DNA of 64,000 bases. It comes from the human T2T-CHM13v2.0 reference genome, Homo sapiens. The stretch lies in NCBI RefSeq assembly GCF_009914755.1, contig NC_060943.1, one strand, 5' to 3'. How positions within the stretch are numbered: position 1 is the first letter of the stretch; every line of letters begins with the position of its first letter. The translations under genes were made by a program, and so were the position numbers. The notes beneath the pieces were generated by a model. The model did no database searches, was not told the origin of the DNA, and was given only the letters and a program-made list of their open reading frames with translations. Below are positions 31,190 to 54,809 of the stretch, one piece after another.

Positions 31190-34006
31190 TGCTCAGGGTC
31201 AGTGTGTACAAAACCAACTCATTTTTCTTCTCTCACACCACAACGATAATCAACACAGAAAACTTTGTGACTTGGCCGGGTGCGGTGGCCCACACTTGTA
31301 ATCCCAGGACTTTAGGAGGCCGAGGCGGATAGATCACTTGAGGCCAGGAGTTTGAAACCAGCCTGGCCAGCATGGCGTAACCCTGTCTCTACTAAAAATA
31401 CAAAAATTAGCTGGGTGTGGTGGCGCATGCCTGTAATCCCAGCTACTCAGGAGGCTGAGGCAGGAGAATCGCTTGAACCTGGGAGGCTGTGAACCTGTGA
31501 TGAGCTGAGATCACGCCACCACACTCCAGCCTAGGTGACAGAGCGAGACTCTGTCTCAGAAAAAAATAAGCTTTGTGACTAAATGTGTGGGGAGAAGCAA
31601 GCTGTAGTGGACATCAGCCGGATGTCCTGCAGTTCAGTTCTGACACCATCTACCTGGAGATGGCATCAGATTCCACAGGTTGTGAGCAAGACTGTCCCAC
31701 TCTGCCCCACTAGCCACAAGACCAGGCCTCTGGGACATCTTGCCAACCCTCTACAGGTTGGGGTTCTTATACTCTTTGGCTTCTATTAGTGTATTTGATT
31801 GACTCAGAATTCAGGGAAACACATATACCAGTTTATTACAAAGGATATTTTAAAGGATACTAATGAACAGCCAGATGAAGAGATATGTAGGACTAGGGTT
31901 GGAAGAGTCCCAAGCACAGGAGCTTCTGTTCCCGTGGAATTGGGGTGCGCCACCTTTTCAGAGTTCTTTTGTACCTTCCTAGCAGCCACCTCCTGTTCAG
32001 CTGTCCAGAAGCTCTCCTCACCCTGTCTTCTTAGGCCTTTTATGGAGACTTCATTGGATAGGTGTGACTGAAGCATGCACGAATGTGTTGAAACGTGATT
32101 GGACAAATAAGAGTTGATTTAATGCTAATTGATTGAGTGGGGAAACTCAAGGCCCGTCTGTTCAGATTCTTCTTGGCCTCTCAGTGCAGCATTCCTTCCT
32201 ACAGGTACAGGGCAGGACCCTCTCTGGAGTGAGAGTCCTGCTTTGGGCAGGTGAAAGGAGGGCAAGAGAAGATGAGAGAGAGATTCTGCTTCCCGAGGCC
32301 TGCTTCTGAGGCTGAAAGTGCCCTAATATTAAGATTTTACCAAGGGTTATGGAATTATGAGCCAGGAACCATGGACAAGAACATACAGACACACTCATAC
32401 CCCATATATACACACATATAGGCACCTACATATATACACACCATACACACATATACACACACATACCCCATATATACACACATATACACACCTATACACA
32501 CCTACATATATACACACACATACACACCATACACACATATACACATACCATATACACACCATACACATATACACACACATACCCCATATATACACACATA
32601 TACATACCTACATATAGAGACACATATATACACACCATACATATACAAACACACCCCGTATACACACATATACACACCTACATATAGAGACACATATATA
32701 CACACCATACATACACACACACCCCATGTACACACACATATACACACCTACATATATACACACCATACATATACAAACACACCCCATGTACACACCTACA
32801 TATAGAGACACATATATACACACCATACATACACACACCCCATGTACACACACATATACACAACTACATATATACATACCATACGTATACAAACACACCC
32901 CATGTACACACCTACATATAGAGACACACATATATACACACCATACACACATATACACACACACCCCATATATACACATACACACCTACATATATACACA
33001 CATACACATCGTACACACACACCATATATACATATATACACACATATATACACACCATACACACATGCACACACCATATATATGCATATATACACACCTA
33101 CATATATACACACATATACACACACGCCATATATACACACATATACACACCTACATATATACACACATATATACACATTCATACATGTACATACACACCC
33201 CATATATACACACATATACACACATCCCATATATACACAGCTACATATATACACACATATAAAAACCATACACACATATACACACCCCATATATACACAG
33301 ATATACACACCTACATATATACACATATACACACACCATACGCACATGCACACACATACCCATATATACATATATATACACACACGTATATACATATATA
33401 CACACCATAACACACGTATATACATATATACATATACACATATACATACCATACACACACGAGCATATACACACACATGCCATACACACACATATGTACA
33501 CATACATACCCACACCATACACACATACATACACACCACACACACACATATACACCCCGTACACATATATACACACACCATATATACACACACATATACG
33601 CACACACACCCCATACACATGCATACCTCATATATACATATACACACCTACATATACATACCATACACACACATATATACACACATATACCCACACCATA
33701 CACACACATATATACACACACCATATATATACACACATATATACACATCCACACCATATATACACACACCATACACACACATATATACACACACCATATA
33801 TATACACACATATATACACATCCACACCATATATACACACACCATGCACCCACATATATACACACACCATATATATGCACATATATATATACACCCACAC
33901 CATATACACACACATACACATATATAAACACCATATATATACAGACACATATACACACCCACAGATAGACACACATATACACAAACATACACACAATTAT
34001 ATCACA
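31190..34006. mobile_element. MER21-like LTR containing an Alu and a large simple-repeat expansion
   Basis: GTTTATTACAAAGGATATTTTAAAGGATAC..ATGAACAGCCAGATGAAGAGAT signature; CCAAGGGTT...GCCAGGAACC near the end; terminal TATATCACA after the repeat. Confidence 0.6.
32380..33996. repeat. ~1.6-kb complex (CA/TA)n low-complexity repeat
   Basis: Continuous CATATACACAC-type sequence with few G on the + strand. Confidence 0.97.
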
Positions 34007-35375
34007 AGGTCTGATTGTATTACTGAGACACAGTGAAAGGATGTTCCATAACAGGAAGGTTATGCCTGATTCAGTGACACTACTTTTTCAATATTAGGCC
34101 TTATATCAGTTTATTTTTGCTGTTTTAACAAATTACTGTAGATTATTGGCGTCATACAACACAAATGTATTATCTTACTGTCATAGAGGTCAGAAGTCTG
34201 AAGTGGGTCTCACCGGGCTAAAACCAGGTTGTTGGAGGCTGTAGGAGATATTCTGTGTCCTTGCTTTTGCTGGCTTCTAGACGCCGCCCACACTCCTTAG
34301 TTCGTGACCCCTTCTTCCATCAGCAAAGCCTGAAAAGACAAGTCCTTTTTCCGTCACACCACTCTGACCCTCCTCCTCTAAGTTTAAGGACTCTGGTCAT
34401 TACATTGCGCTTGCTTCTATAACTCAAGAGAATCTTCCGTATGTTAGAGGCAGCCGATTAGCCATTTTAAGTCCATCTGCAGCCTTAATTTTCCTTTGCC
34501 ATACAAGGTAACATATTTGAAAGTACTGGAATTACCATAGAGACACATTTGAGAGGTGGGCAAAGTGGCAAGATCCCACCTCTACAAAAATACAAAAGTT
34601 AGCCAGGCGTGGTAATGTGCAACTGTGGTCCCAGCTACTAGGGACGCTGAGGTGGGAGGATCACTTGAACCCAGGAGATCGAAGCTGCAGTAAGCTGGGT
34701 TCACACCACTGTACTCCAGTGGCGACAGAGTGAGACCCTGTCGCAAAATATATGTGCACACATACACACATTTGAGAGGCAGGCCTATCCATTCAGAGTT
34801 TCCTTAATGACTACAGTGTGCCTGCTCCCCCATAACTATGTTTGTGTTTGGCATTTTCTTTTAATTTGGGACTATCTCAGTAAATTTCTTATATTATAAT
34901 GGGATTAATGCAGGCCTGCTGGCCAAAAAAAAAAAAAAAAACAAATTAGTCCCTGAGGAGCTCTTAGAGAAAACTCTCTAAATTACCCGTAATTGTGCGA
35001 TCCACAGGTCATTACTGTTTCTGGTCCTCGTTTTTGTAATTAATGTTTCTAGTCCTCCTCTTTGCCCTTAAGCAGGTATGTGTTTTCTTTCTGGAGCTGG
35101 AATTTTGCTAATTAATCATGTGACTACTCCAGAGACTCTTTAAATCTAGTTTTAAATCTAATCTGTAGCAGCAAATTATCAAGAAAGCCTTTAAAATTAA
35201 AGATTCTAAGGTGGAATGATTGCTTGAGGCCAGGAGTTTGAGACCAACCTGAGCAACATAGTGAGACCTCATCTCTCCAAAAATTTAAAAAATTAGCCAG
35301 GCATGGTGGTGTGTGCCTATGGTCCTAGCTACTTAGGAAGCTGAAGTGGGAGGATCCCTTCAGCCCAAGAGGTTA

Positions 35376-35816
<441 letters not shown>

Positions 35817-35950
35817 CTAAGTAATCATCAGGTGCCTTACAAATATGGACTTTCTGGGTAACATTAGCAAGGTTATAGATACAAGTAACAAAGACTGTGT
35901 AAGTAACATTTGCAAGATAAAATAATGAGGTGATAAGATGGCAATAGTTA

Positions 35951-36312
<362 letters not shown>

Positions 36313-36470
36313 TCATGCCTGTAATCCCAACACTTTGGAAGGCCGAGGTGGGCAGATCACGAAGTCAGGAGTTCGAGACCATACTGGCCAACATGGTGAA
36401 ACCCCATCTCTACTAAAAATACAAAAAATAGCCGGGCATGGTGACGCATGCCTGTAATCCCAGCTACTCA

Positions 36471-36911
<441 letters not shown>

Positions 36912-37515
36912 TAATCCACCCACCTCAGCCTCCCAAAGTACTGGGATTACAGGTGTGAGCCACCGCACCCAGCCAAGCTGGATTTTTTAATGCAGAATCA
37001 TGTCTCTTTTCTCTACTTACTGGTGGAGAGGCAACATTTCCCTAAATGTGTCTTAGAATCTTTATTGCTAGTTTTGCTAATGAACAGAATTTCATTCTTC
37101 ACACATTAAGCTCTGAAAATTGTTTTTAGTTTGCATTCATTATATTGGCAACTGGCTTGAGAAATATATTTTAATGTAAGTAAAAAAAAAAGCAGACTTG
37201 ATTATTTTATAAAATTTGAGATGTGTAATGTTGATCTTCAATAATAACAGCTAATTTACATTAAATAATTGTTGTGTATTACTGCATGTTGTAGATAGAT
37301 TATCTTAGTTAATATTTCATGCAGTCATACCTTGTGGTATTTTTATTCCAGCTTTACCAGTGAGGAAACCGACACTGTGAGGTTAGTAATCATCAGAGCT
37401 CAGGTTTGCATCCTGAAAGACCACAGAGCTGCCAGGTGCCGTGGCAAAACCCATCTCTACTAAAAATACAAAAATTAGCCGGGCGTGGGCGCGCACCTGT
37501 AGTCCCAGCTACTCA

Positions 37516-37794
<279 letters not shown>

Positions 37795-37810
37795 AAGCCT
37801 GTGTCCTTAA

Positions 37811-38095
<285 letters not shown>

Positions 38096-38957
38096 TGATC
38101 CACCCGCCTTGGCCTCCCAAAGCGCTGGGATTACAGGCATGAGCCACTGTGCCCGGACTATACATAATTTTTTAAATCTACCTTCTTCCCTTGGTAATTC
38201 ATCAGAAATTTTTTCTCAATTAATCTGCATCAATATCATTAGTAAATGTATTCCATATCATTATATAACATTATTTATATATGTGTTCTCTACTATGAGA
38301 TATTTCAGTTGTTTTCATTTTTAAACATTATCTGCTGGAAAATCTGGATAAGATCCATGGGTTGTTATTGTCCTGGTTGTGATATTTTACTGTTATTTTG
38401 CAAGGTGTCACAGTTGGCATAAATCAGGTCAAGGGTACAAAAGACCACTGTCTAGTATTTCTTATAACTACATGTGTATCTACATTTATCTCAGTTTAAA
38501 AGACAATCTTTCCTAGAAAAAACTGATTTTTTGAACATTCTTAGGCATGCATTCATATACTACTATAGCTATTTCCTTGTCATAAATTCCAGAATGTGGA
38601 ATTTTTAGTCAAAATTAGACATTTGTTCAGTGCCTGCAATATGCCAGATGCTGTGGCTATTCGTACTTGGAATGAGAGTCTGATTCAGTGGACTCAGCTG
38701 CTGCCTGTACAGTGTTTATAATCCAGCAAGGGAAACTAAATAGAAGAAGCTCAAGGCAGCCTGTGGTCAAGGCCGGTGGAGAATTCCAGGTCACACACTC
38801 AGAGAGGTGCCAGGAAGGGGACATCATTCTGTGGACAGCCACTGATAATTCATGACCAGGTGATTCTGAATATACTGACTCTTTGTTGGGATAAATGGAA
38901 TTTATTTTCTAGGCTTTATACCTTAGGTAATTTTTTTCCTTTTTAAATTTTTTGTAG

Positions 38958-39401
<444 letters not shown>

Positions 39402-39569
39402 TAGGAGTAGACTTTTTAAGAAAAAAAAAGAAACCTTCTTTGTCTTTGGAGAGTCTAATTGCCTCTGACTACATTTCAAATCAGTACACATTTATATTTG
39501 ATAAGGGAATGCATGCCTTTTGTTGCAACAAATAGGTGCACTGAAATGAAGACACTCAAGATCACGGGG

Positions 39570-42252
<2,683 letters not shown>

Positions 42253-42452
42253 TCCCACCCATCCGTCCCCGACAGGGAGCTGGCCAGAAATGGAGCCCTC
42301 CTGTTAAATTGTCTGGGCCTGTCTTTGAGGCGCAAAAAAAAAAAAAAGTAAAGCCTCCTCTGCTGTGTGCAGCTAGGTTTCCTGAGGTTTCATTGAGAGC
42401 TTGGTTTAGGTTTGATCCATGATACTCTTTTTTTTTTTTTTTTTTTTTTTGA

Positions 42453-42638
<186 letters not shown>

Positions 42639-42880
42639 TAGCCAAGATGGTCTCGATCTCCTAACCTTGTGATCCACCCACCTCGGCCTCCCAAAGTGCT
42701 GGGATTACAGGCGTGAGCCACCGCACCTGGCCTGATCCATGATACTCTTCACCTTTCCCAGATATGTCACGGTTATGTGTTTGTGTTGGGAAGCCAAGAC
42801 AGAGGAGCCAAAAGGTCATATTACATCACTATGGGGACCCCAGATGCACCTCGTTTTAATCTCTTTTTTTCCACCCCTAG

Positions 42881-42953
42881 CTCTAGCCTCTCGGAATTTG
42901 TCTTCTTCAGTGGAAACCCCGAGAAGACTGATCAGTTCTTCAGTTCTAAAACA
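42881..42953 (+). other. ZNF331: 5'UTR portion of the ATG-containing exon
   Basis: Polypyrimidine tract plus AG at 42879-42880; a possible alternative AG at 42885-42886; no upstream ATG in this segment. Confidence 0.8.
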
Positions 42954-42962
42954 ATGGCCCAG
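42954..42962 (+). CDS. ZNF331: ZNF331 coding exon 1 (start codon, MAQ)
   Basis: ACAATGGCCCAG|GTAAGT: ATG with A at -3 and G at +4, then a consensus donor. The exon starts at 42881 after a polypyrimidine tract ending CCCTAG. This is the typical KRAB-ZNF initiator exon. Confidence 0.93.
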
Positions 42963-43516
42963 GTAAGTGTATATTTCTCTTTCCTTCTTGAGCTATGATA
43001 TTTGCGTTCTGTGCATCTGCTTGTGAATTATCTGAAGCCTTTTATCTAGTCAAGCTCTTTATAATTACCTGTTTCCCAGTTCTTTCTATTCCAGTGAATG
43101 ATAACGCCACGTAGCTCCGTGTCTGCCTTTTTGGGAAATCACTGAGCAGGTGATTAAGTATCTCCTGTTTGCTCCCTTTTTTGGCAAGGGTAATTTTGGA
43201 GCAGTGAAGTAGCAAAGTCCTTTGAGGGAAATATTTAAGTCAAGTCTGTGGTTTGATGAGTTAGATATGTTGGTCCCATCTGACCACATGAGAAACAGAT
43301 CCTCCACTGATCATGTTTTCTGCGTAGATAAGAGGGAATGCTCATATTCGCCGGTCTGTCTTAGTATGTGCTCAGATCCCAAGCTTTATGGGACTTTTGG
43401 AAAGGGATGGGGCTGTGATTAGGACCTTTGAACAGAGGTCATGTTCCTGCCGGGAAACTGGAGGATAAATTTTATTATTGAATGGATCTCTCAGACCACA
43501 AGATGATTCTAAGTCA

Positions 43517-43873
<357 letters not shown>

Positions 43874-44080
43874 TTATGGATGGTAATAAATATGAAGATC
43901 TTCCAGTATGGAAGTAGGAGATGATCACATACCCCAGAATCGGAGAAAGCCTTAGGTGTTTTGGGCAACCTAAGTGAATAACTGTAATAAACAGTCTGAC
44001 TTACCTGTGTGGGAATTTTTTAAATGCTTAAAAGGAAGACTGCTTAAAATGTAGTTTGGCATGATGAACTGGAGGCTTGA

Positions 44081-44230
<150 letters not shown>

Positions 44231-44345
44231 TGAGTAGCTGGGATTACAGGGATGCGCCGCCACACCCAGCTAATTTTGTATTTTAAGTAGAGACGAGGTT
44301 TCTGCATGTTGGTCAACCTGGTCTCGAACCCCCAACCTCAGGTGA

Positions 44346-44448
<103 letters not shown>

Positions 44449-45036
44449 GAGACAGAGTCTCGCTCTGTCGCCCAGGCTGGAGTGCAGTGCCACAATCTCC
44501 GCTCACTGCAAGCTCTGACCACCCCGGGTTCATGCCATTCTCCTGCCTCAGCCTCCCGAGTAGCTGGGACTACAGGCGCCCACCATCACGCCCGGCTAAT
44601 TTTTTTGTATTTTTAGTAGAGATGGGGTTTCACCATGTTTGCCAGGATGGTCTCGATCTCCTGACCTCGTGATCCGCCTGCCTTGTTCTCGTGATCCGCC
44701 TGCCTTGGCCTCCCAAAGTGTTGGGATTACAGGCGTGAGCCCCCCGCCCAGCCCCAGCAAACCCTATTTTCTAAAATAAAAGTTCTTAAACAGAAATCTT
44801 GATTTTTCTTCCCCCCTTAAAAGAAAAAATGCTGTAGGAATCCACACTTGTTGAGAACTTATAAGGCAGGCACGTAGCAGACACTGCTTGTAAGCAAGAA
44901 GAAAACTTGGATTGTTTTATCCACTTCCTGGCAGGTTTGACTAACTGAGGATTCTGCACAGTAAAGTCATTTTCTCTGCAGCGGTAGAGCTCTTCAGTGA
45001 CATGCAGGCATTCTGCTTCCGTCACAGTTACAGTGA

Positions 45037-45393
<357 letters not shown>

Positions 45394-46086
45394 TGAATTT
45401 CTTCTTCCTGTCCCCAAGGAATGTATTGAGCCTTATTGATGTGGCCGTGAGCACCACAACCTTCCCCTCCCATCCATCGGTTACCTTCCCACCTTTGTCG
45501 ACTCCCCCGTAATCATCTCACTTCCTTAATGTCCGTGGAATGAGTGGGAATTCTGGGATATTTATTTCATGACCATCTTCAAAGGAGCCAGTTTGTCCTG
45601 TGAGAGTATGTTTATACCCAAATTGCTATTGGTGGTTGGTGTTACTCTAGGGACCCACGTCTAGGGAAAACATGTGGACACAGTGCCCTGAATTGTTCTA
45701 GTAAACCAGCCTATGTGTTTGAAGTACAGTAGATCAGACAAACAGAATTTGTGTAAAACCAAAGTGGGCGTATTTCATTTCTTACATACCATACCTGAAG
45801 TGAGGTTGAAAGTTACAATCCCCGAACTGTGAGTTAAACATTGAATGACAATATCTTGCAAACATCCCTGGAAACTTATTTTTCTTCTAGCAAAAATAAC
45901 AACAATGATATTAATGGCTAAGCTGTCTGTGGTGACCCTGCCTGTAATCCCAGCTACTCGGGAGACTGAGGCAGGAGGATCACTTGAGCCCAGGAGTTGA
46001 AGGCTATAGTTAGCTATGATCATACCACTGTACTCCAGGCTGGGTAATAGATCAAGACCCCATCGCTAAAACAATAAACAAATAGG

Positions 46087-46243
46087 AATATATATATTTT
46101 ATATATATACACACACATATATATTATATATACACACACATATATATTATATATACACACATATATTATATATACACATATATATTATATATACACATAT
46201 ATACATATACAATATATACATATATAGTATATATTATATATAT
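46087..46243. repeat. (TA/CA)n microsatellite
   Basis: ATATATATACACACACATATATATT repeats following an Alu tail. Confidence 0.95.
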
Positions 46244-46590
46244 AAACTGCTTACTGTGTGCCATGCACTGTGCTAAGCACTGTGTGTGTAAGTACATTGC
46301 ATTTCGTTCTCACAGGCAGATGAGACAGGCACAATCATTGTCTATTTTGGAGATGAGGATACTGAAACACAGTGATGCAGTCAGACGGAGGGAGCAGGAG
46401 CTAGAATCAGATTTAACAGTTTTGGTCCCCAGATTCCTTGCTGCCAGCCACCATGTTCCACTTGCCTCCAGGCATAATGCCTACAGAAATTTAAAATATG
46501 ACCTTTTCTCGGCCAGGCGCAGTGGCTCACGCCTGTAATCCCAGCACTTTGGGAGGCTGAGGTGGGCGGATCACTGGAGGTCAGGAGTTA

Positions 46591-47224
<634 letters not shown>

Positions 47225-47786
47225 TAGAGATGGGATTTCGCCATGTTGTCCAAGCTGATCTTGAACTCCTGGGCTAAAGGAATCCACCCACCTCAGCCTT
47301 CCAAAGAGGCTGGATTACAGGCGTGAGCCACTGCACCTGGCTCAATAGCATTTTGACTTCTGGTTGTTATAAATTTGATTAATACTCAATCAAAAAAAAT
47401 TTAAGGCCAGGCATGGTGGTTCACGCCTATAATCCCAGCACTTTGGGAGTCCAAGGCGGGCAGATCACCTGAAGTCAGGACTTCAAGACCAGCCTGGCCA
47501 ACATGGTGAAAACCCGTCTCTACTAAAAACACAAAAATTAGCCGGTGTGCTGGTGTGCGCCTGTAATCCCAGCTACCCAGGAGACTGAGTGAGGCAGGAG
47601 AATTGCTGGGACCTGGGAGGCAGAGGCTGCAGTGAGTCAAGATCATGCCACTGCACTCCAGCCTGGGCAACAGAGCAAGACTCCCTCTCAAAAAATAAAA
47701 ATAATTTTTAAAGAATTTTTGAAGTTTTGAGCTTGAAATTTTTCCTCAAGTTCTATGTCCTCTAGCATTTCGTTTTTTTAAAGGAG

Positions 47787-47880
47787 GGCATATAATTTCT
47801 AAGCCAGAGGTACTGTCTTATAGAATTAAGGGAAAGAGCCTTGATGGTTGTGAGGGAAGAGACAAGACAACAATACGGAG
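47787..47880 (+). pseudogene. Inactivated KRAB-B pseudoexon
   Basis: With frameshifts it reads GHIISKPEV..L***GKEP(W)MVVREETRQQYG. Length is 94 nt versus the usual 96. The acceptor is GAG and the donor is G|GAAAGT instead of GTAAGT. Confidence 0.8.
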
Positions 47881-48549
47881 GAAAGTGGGAGCCAGTCAGC
47901 CACCCGTACAAAGAGCATCCCCACAGGGCAGGGAACAGGCACACCCTGAGGTGTTGGAGAGCTTTCTCCAAGAGCTCAGGCCCAAAGCCTCTAGGAAAGA
48001 AAGATCTTACCACGAACTTGATCTTCACCCCATTTCCCTGTCACCTTGTTTTTCCTGTCATATTTAACCCCATTTTATGTGCTGCTGGTGCTGCTGGTCT
48101 GTGGGCCACGCCTTTAGTAGCAGGGGTAGAGGTGACAGGGTCCTCTGCCCTTTATCATTCCTGAAAGTGGGTTAGCCTCGCTTTAAGTGCCTGTTTTCTT
48201 TTTCTCATATCTAGGTGTTGGCAGTACTGCTTCCCGGGTGTTGTTAATGTGTCACCACCATGAAGCACCTGGTGTCTGGTTGTAGCTCCTCTTTGCCATT
48301 GGCAGTCATTGGCACTGCTTACATTCATCACACTGGGGGCTCAAATGGTGCGCGCCTATCACTGCCCCTTCATTTATCAGCTGTTATAATTTAAAGAGAA
48401 ACTTTGTTTCATCTGCTAATTGCTCATGCAGTGGCACTGTTCATATTGGATAAGAAGGATAAAAACTTTGTTCTTTTTCTTTGTCAGTTTTTATGTTGTA
48501 TTTTTTTCTTTTCTTTTTTTTTTTTTTTTGAGGCAGGGTCTTACTCTGA

Positions 48550-48807
<258 letters not shown>

Positions 48808-49017
48808 TAGCCAATTGCCAGTTTTTATAATAAAGGTCTGGTTTCCTAGCGTGTTCCAGAGCTGGCCATTTAACATTTTGTAGTATCATTATGAACTTAT
48901 AGATTTAAACGTTTGCTGTTTCCCAGTCCTTTGCAGTTAGCCTCCTTATTGATGCTCAAGTTCTAAACTTTTCCTTATTGTTCTTCTAAACTTTTTCACA
49001 TTTTTTATTAAATTTAG

Positions 49018-49876
<859 letters not shown>

Positions 49877-50215
49877 TAATAATACTACTGACATATACGT
49901 GTATCAGTTTCAGAATGCTTTACACACAGCCATCCAACTGCATATTGTTTTGTTACAGTACTTCTATATTTGGTTTTCCAAGTATATCATCACATCATCT
50001 ACAAATACTTGTTTTCATCTTCAAAATAGGAAATAATAGGACTAATTGTCGGGACCTTTTTCATGTCTGACTTTAAAATAGATGTCTCCAATGAATTCTC
50101 AGTTAGTATTGTGCCAGAAGTAGAATCTACATTTTAACAAGAGCCCTGGGTGATTCACATTTATTCTACTGGATAATTTTTATTTCTATTAGACGAGTTT
50201 TTGGTTTGTGGTTAG

Positions 50216-51526
<1,311 letters not shown>

Positions 51527-51541
51527 AGAGCCTTTTGAACG

Positions 51542-52268
51542 CAGTAGCCCGCTCGTATCTATGGTTTCGCTTTCCACAGTTTGTTACCTGCAGTCAACTG
51601 CAGTTCAAAAATATTAAATGGAAAATTCCAGAAATAAAGAATTTTAAGTCTCAAATGGTGTGCCCTTCTGAGTAGCGTGATGAAATCTCTCGCTGTCCGG
51701 CTCCAGCCGGCCGGGGATGTGAGTCATCCCTTGGTCCAGCACATCCACGCTGTATACGCCACCCACCCTGCTAGTGACTTAGTAGCCGTCTTGGTGATCA
51801 GATCAACTATCCCAGCATCACAGTGCCTGTGCCCAAGCAGTCCTCACTTTGCTTAACAGTGGCCCCAGAGAGCAGGAGTAGTGATGCTGGTGATTCGGAT
51901 ATGCCAAAGAGAAGCCACAAAGTGCTTCCTTTTAAATGAAAAGGTGAAAGTTCTCAACTTAAAAAAGAAAAGAAAAAAATCATATACTGAGGTTGCTAAG
52001 ATCTACATGACAATAAGATATTTTGGGAGAGAGATACGTTCACATAATTTTATTACATATATTGTTACAATTGTTCTATTTTGTTAGTTACTGTTGGTAA
52101 TCTCTTACTGTGCCTAATTTATAAATTAAACTTTAGATATGTATGTACAGGAAAAAATGTAGTATATAGTATCGTATATATGTACAGGAAAAAAACGTAC
52201 TATCTGTGGTTTCAGGTATCCACTGCGGGTCTTCGAACGTACCCCCCTCAGGTGAGAGGGGACTGCTG
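51542..52268 (+). mobile_element. MER44/Tigger7-family DNA transposon in the 3'UTR
   Basis: Terminal inverted repeats CAGTAGCCC...GGGGACTGCTG followed by TA; interior resembles MER44B; contains AATAAA at 51633-51638. Confidence 0.8.
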
Positions 52269-52330
52269 TACAAAGAATATAGGAAGGCCTCTAGACTACA
52301 TCCATTCCTTCCTCAACAGGAGGAAAATTC
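52269..52330 (+). pseudogene. Degenerate 13th zinc finger remnant in the 3'UTR
   Basis: TAC AAA GAA TAT AGG AAG GCC TCT AGA CTA CAT CCA TTC CTT CCT CAA CAG keeps C-x2-C-x3-F-x5-L-x2-H spacing with mutated key residues. The linker remnant is at 51525-51539. Confidence 0.7.
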
Positions 52331-52344
52331 CTGGTACAGTTTAA

Positions 52345-52609
<265 letters not shown>

Positions 52610-53117
52610 TGATCCACCCACCTTGCCCTCCCAAAGTGCTAGGATTACAGGCGTGAGCCACTGCACCTAGCCCACTGATCACTCTTCTGCTTACAGAATA
52701 TCAGAAGTCATTCTAGAGGCAAATTTGAAGAGTGGAAAAATCACTTTTTCTGAATGATCTTGTTTTTGGTGTAGATGTTTTTATTGTGTGGGTTAGTTTA
52801 ATGAATACATAAAGACTACCAGTACCATTCTGTCTTTACTCCGTGGCATCTGTGGAATAACCCTGCTAATGTAACACGTGAGAAAGCCTTTGGTCATGCC
52901 ACCCACTCTACCAGTTGTCCCCACCATCCCCCGCCCTCCTCCCTGTGAGACACTGGGCCAAAGGCTCACTACCCCTGTGCGTTGTCCAGCACACAGACAC
53001 TATGTGCATTATTTGTACATAAGGATAATCACATCTACCTGAGACTGCTATCATGGAAATTAAATGTTTGGTACATGTAAAGTCTTTGAAAGTGTAACTG
53101 GAATATTGTGTAATTTT

Positions 53118-53123
53118 AATAAA
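53118..53123 (+). terminator. ZNF331: Candidate polyadenylation signal (alternatives at 51633 and ~53822)
   Basis: AATAAA followed by a GT/T-rich tract; usage cannot be determined from sequence. Confidence 0.4.
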
Positions 53124-53199
53124 TAATAACTATTGTTGTTTTTATGATCATTACTACCATTTGTGTTGCCATTAGTGAATTTTTACAAGAAAACTCCCT

Positions 53200-53830
53200 G
53201 TGGGTGCAATGAGTCTGGAAAAGACCATTGAGTCTTCTAGAAGAAAACATTAAGAGATTATTGGCACAGCCGTGGGTTACGCAATGATTTCTTAGTACAC
53301 AAAACACAGCAAACATAAAAAGTTGTTACACTTCATCAAAAGTACAAAGTTCTGTTCATCAAATGATGCTGTTAAGATAGGGAAAAGACAAGAAACAGGA
53401 CTGGAAGAAGATGTTTGCTCTAAGGTACACCTGACAAAGGAACTCTCATAGAAAATATAAAGAATCCCTCAAGTTGAAAAAAAAATCAATTTAAAGGGGA
53501 GAAAACTTCAGCACGTCTCAACAGAAGACCACCAAATGGCCAATAAGTAAGTGAAAATGTATTCAATGTCATTGCTCCTCAAGGAACTGTAGAGTAAAAC
53601 CACAATGTGCTGTCACTCTAGACAGTCACCAGGATGATTAAATTTAAATCACAATAACAAGGCTGATTTCAGATGTCTCACCACAAAGAAGGAGGATAAG
53701 GGAGCGAGGTGATGGATATGTTAATTAGCTTGATTTAATCCTTCCACATTGTATACATGTATCAGAACATCACATTGTACTCCATCAATATAATACAATT
53801 ATTATTTGTCAATCAAATATTAATAAAATC
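53200..53830 (+). mobile_element. Old L1 3' fragments
   Basis: GGTGATGGATATGTTAATTAGCTTGATT...CATCACATTGTAC L1MA-type 3' end. Confidence 0.7.
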
Positions 53831-53999
53831 AAAGATGAGCAGGTCTCTTTGTTGGATATTCAAACACGACCTATTCAAGAAGGAACCCCGCCAGCAGACT
53901 GGACCTCTGCTAAACCCTAGCGGTGCCCACAGCAGGGACAGCGCGGGAGGGAGGTGAGCGGACTGGTCCTGGGGACGGGGTCAGGGCCCAGAGTAGAGT

Positions 54000-54809
<810 letters not shown>

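Noticed and set aside
32357-34036. Long ORFs up to 361 aa rich in H/T/Y/I or C/V/M
   Set aside because: Artefacts of the CA/TA simple repeat, which has few stop codons.
44666-44710. ~22-bp tandem duplication CTCGTGATCCGCCTGCCTTG inside an Alu
   Set aside because: Ordinary slippage event with no sign of function.
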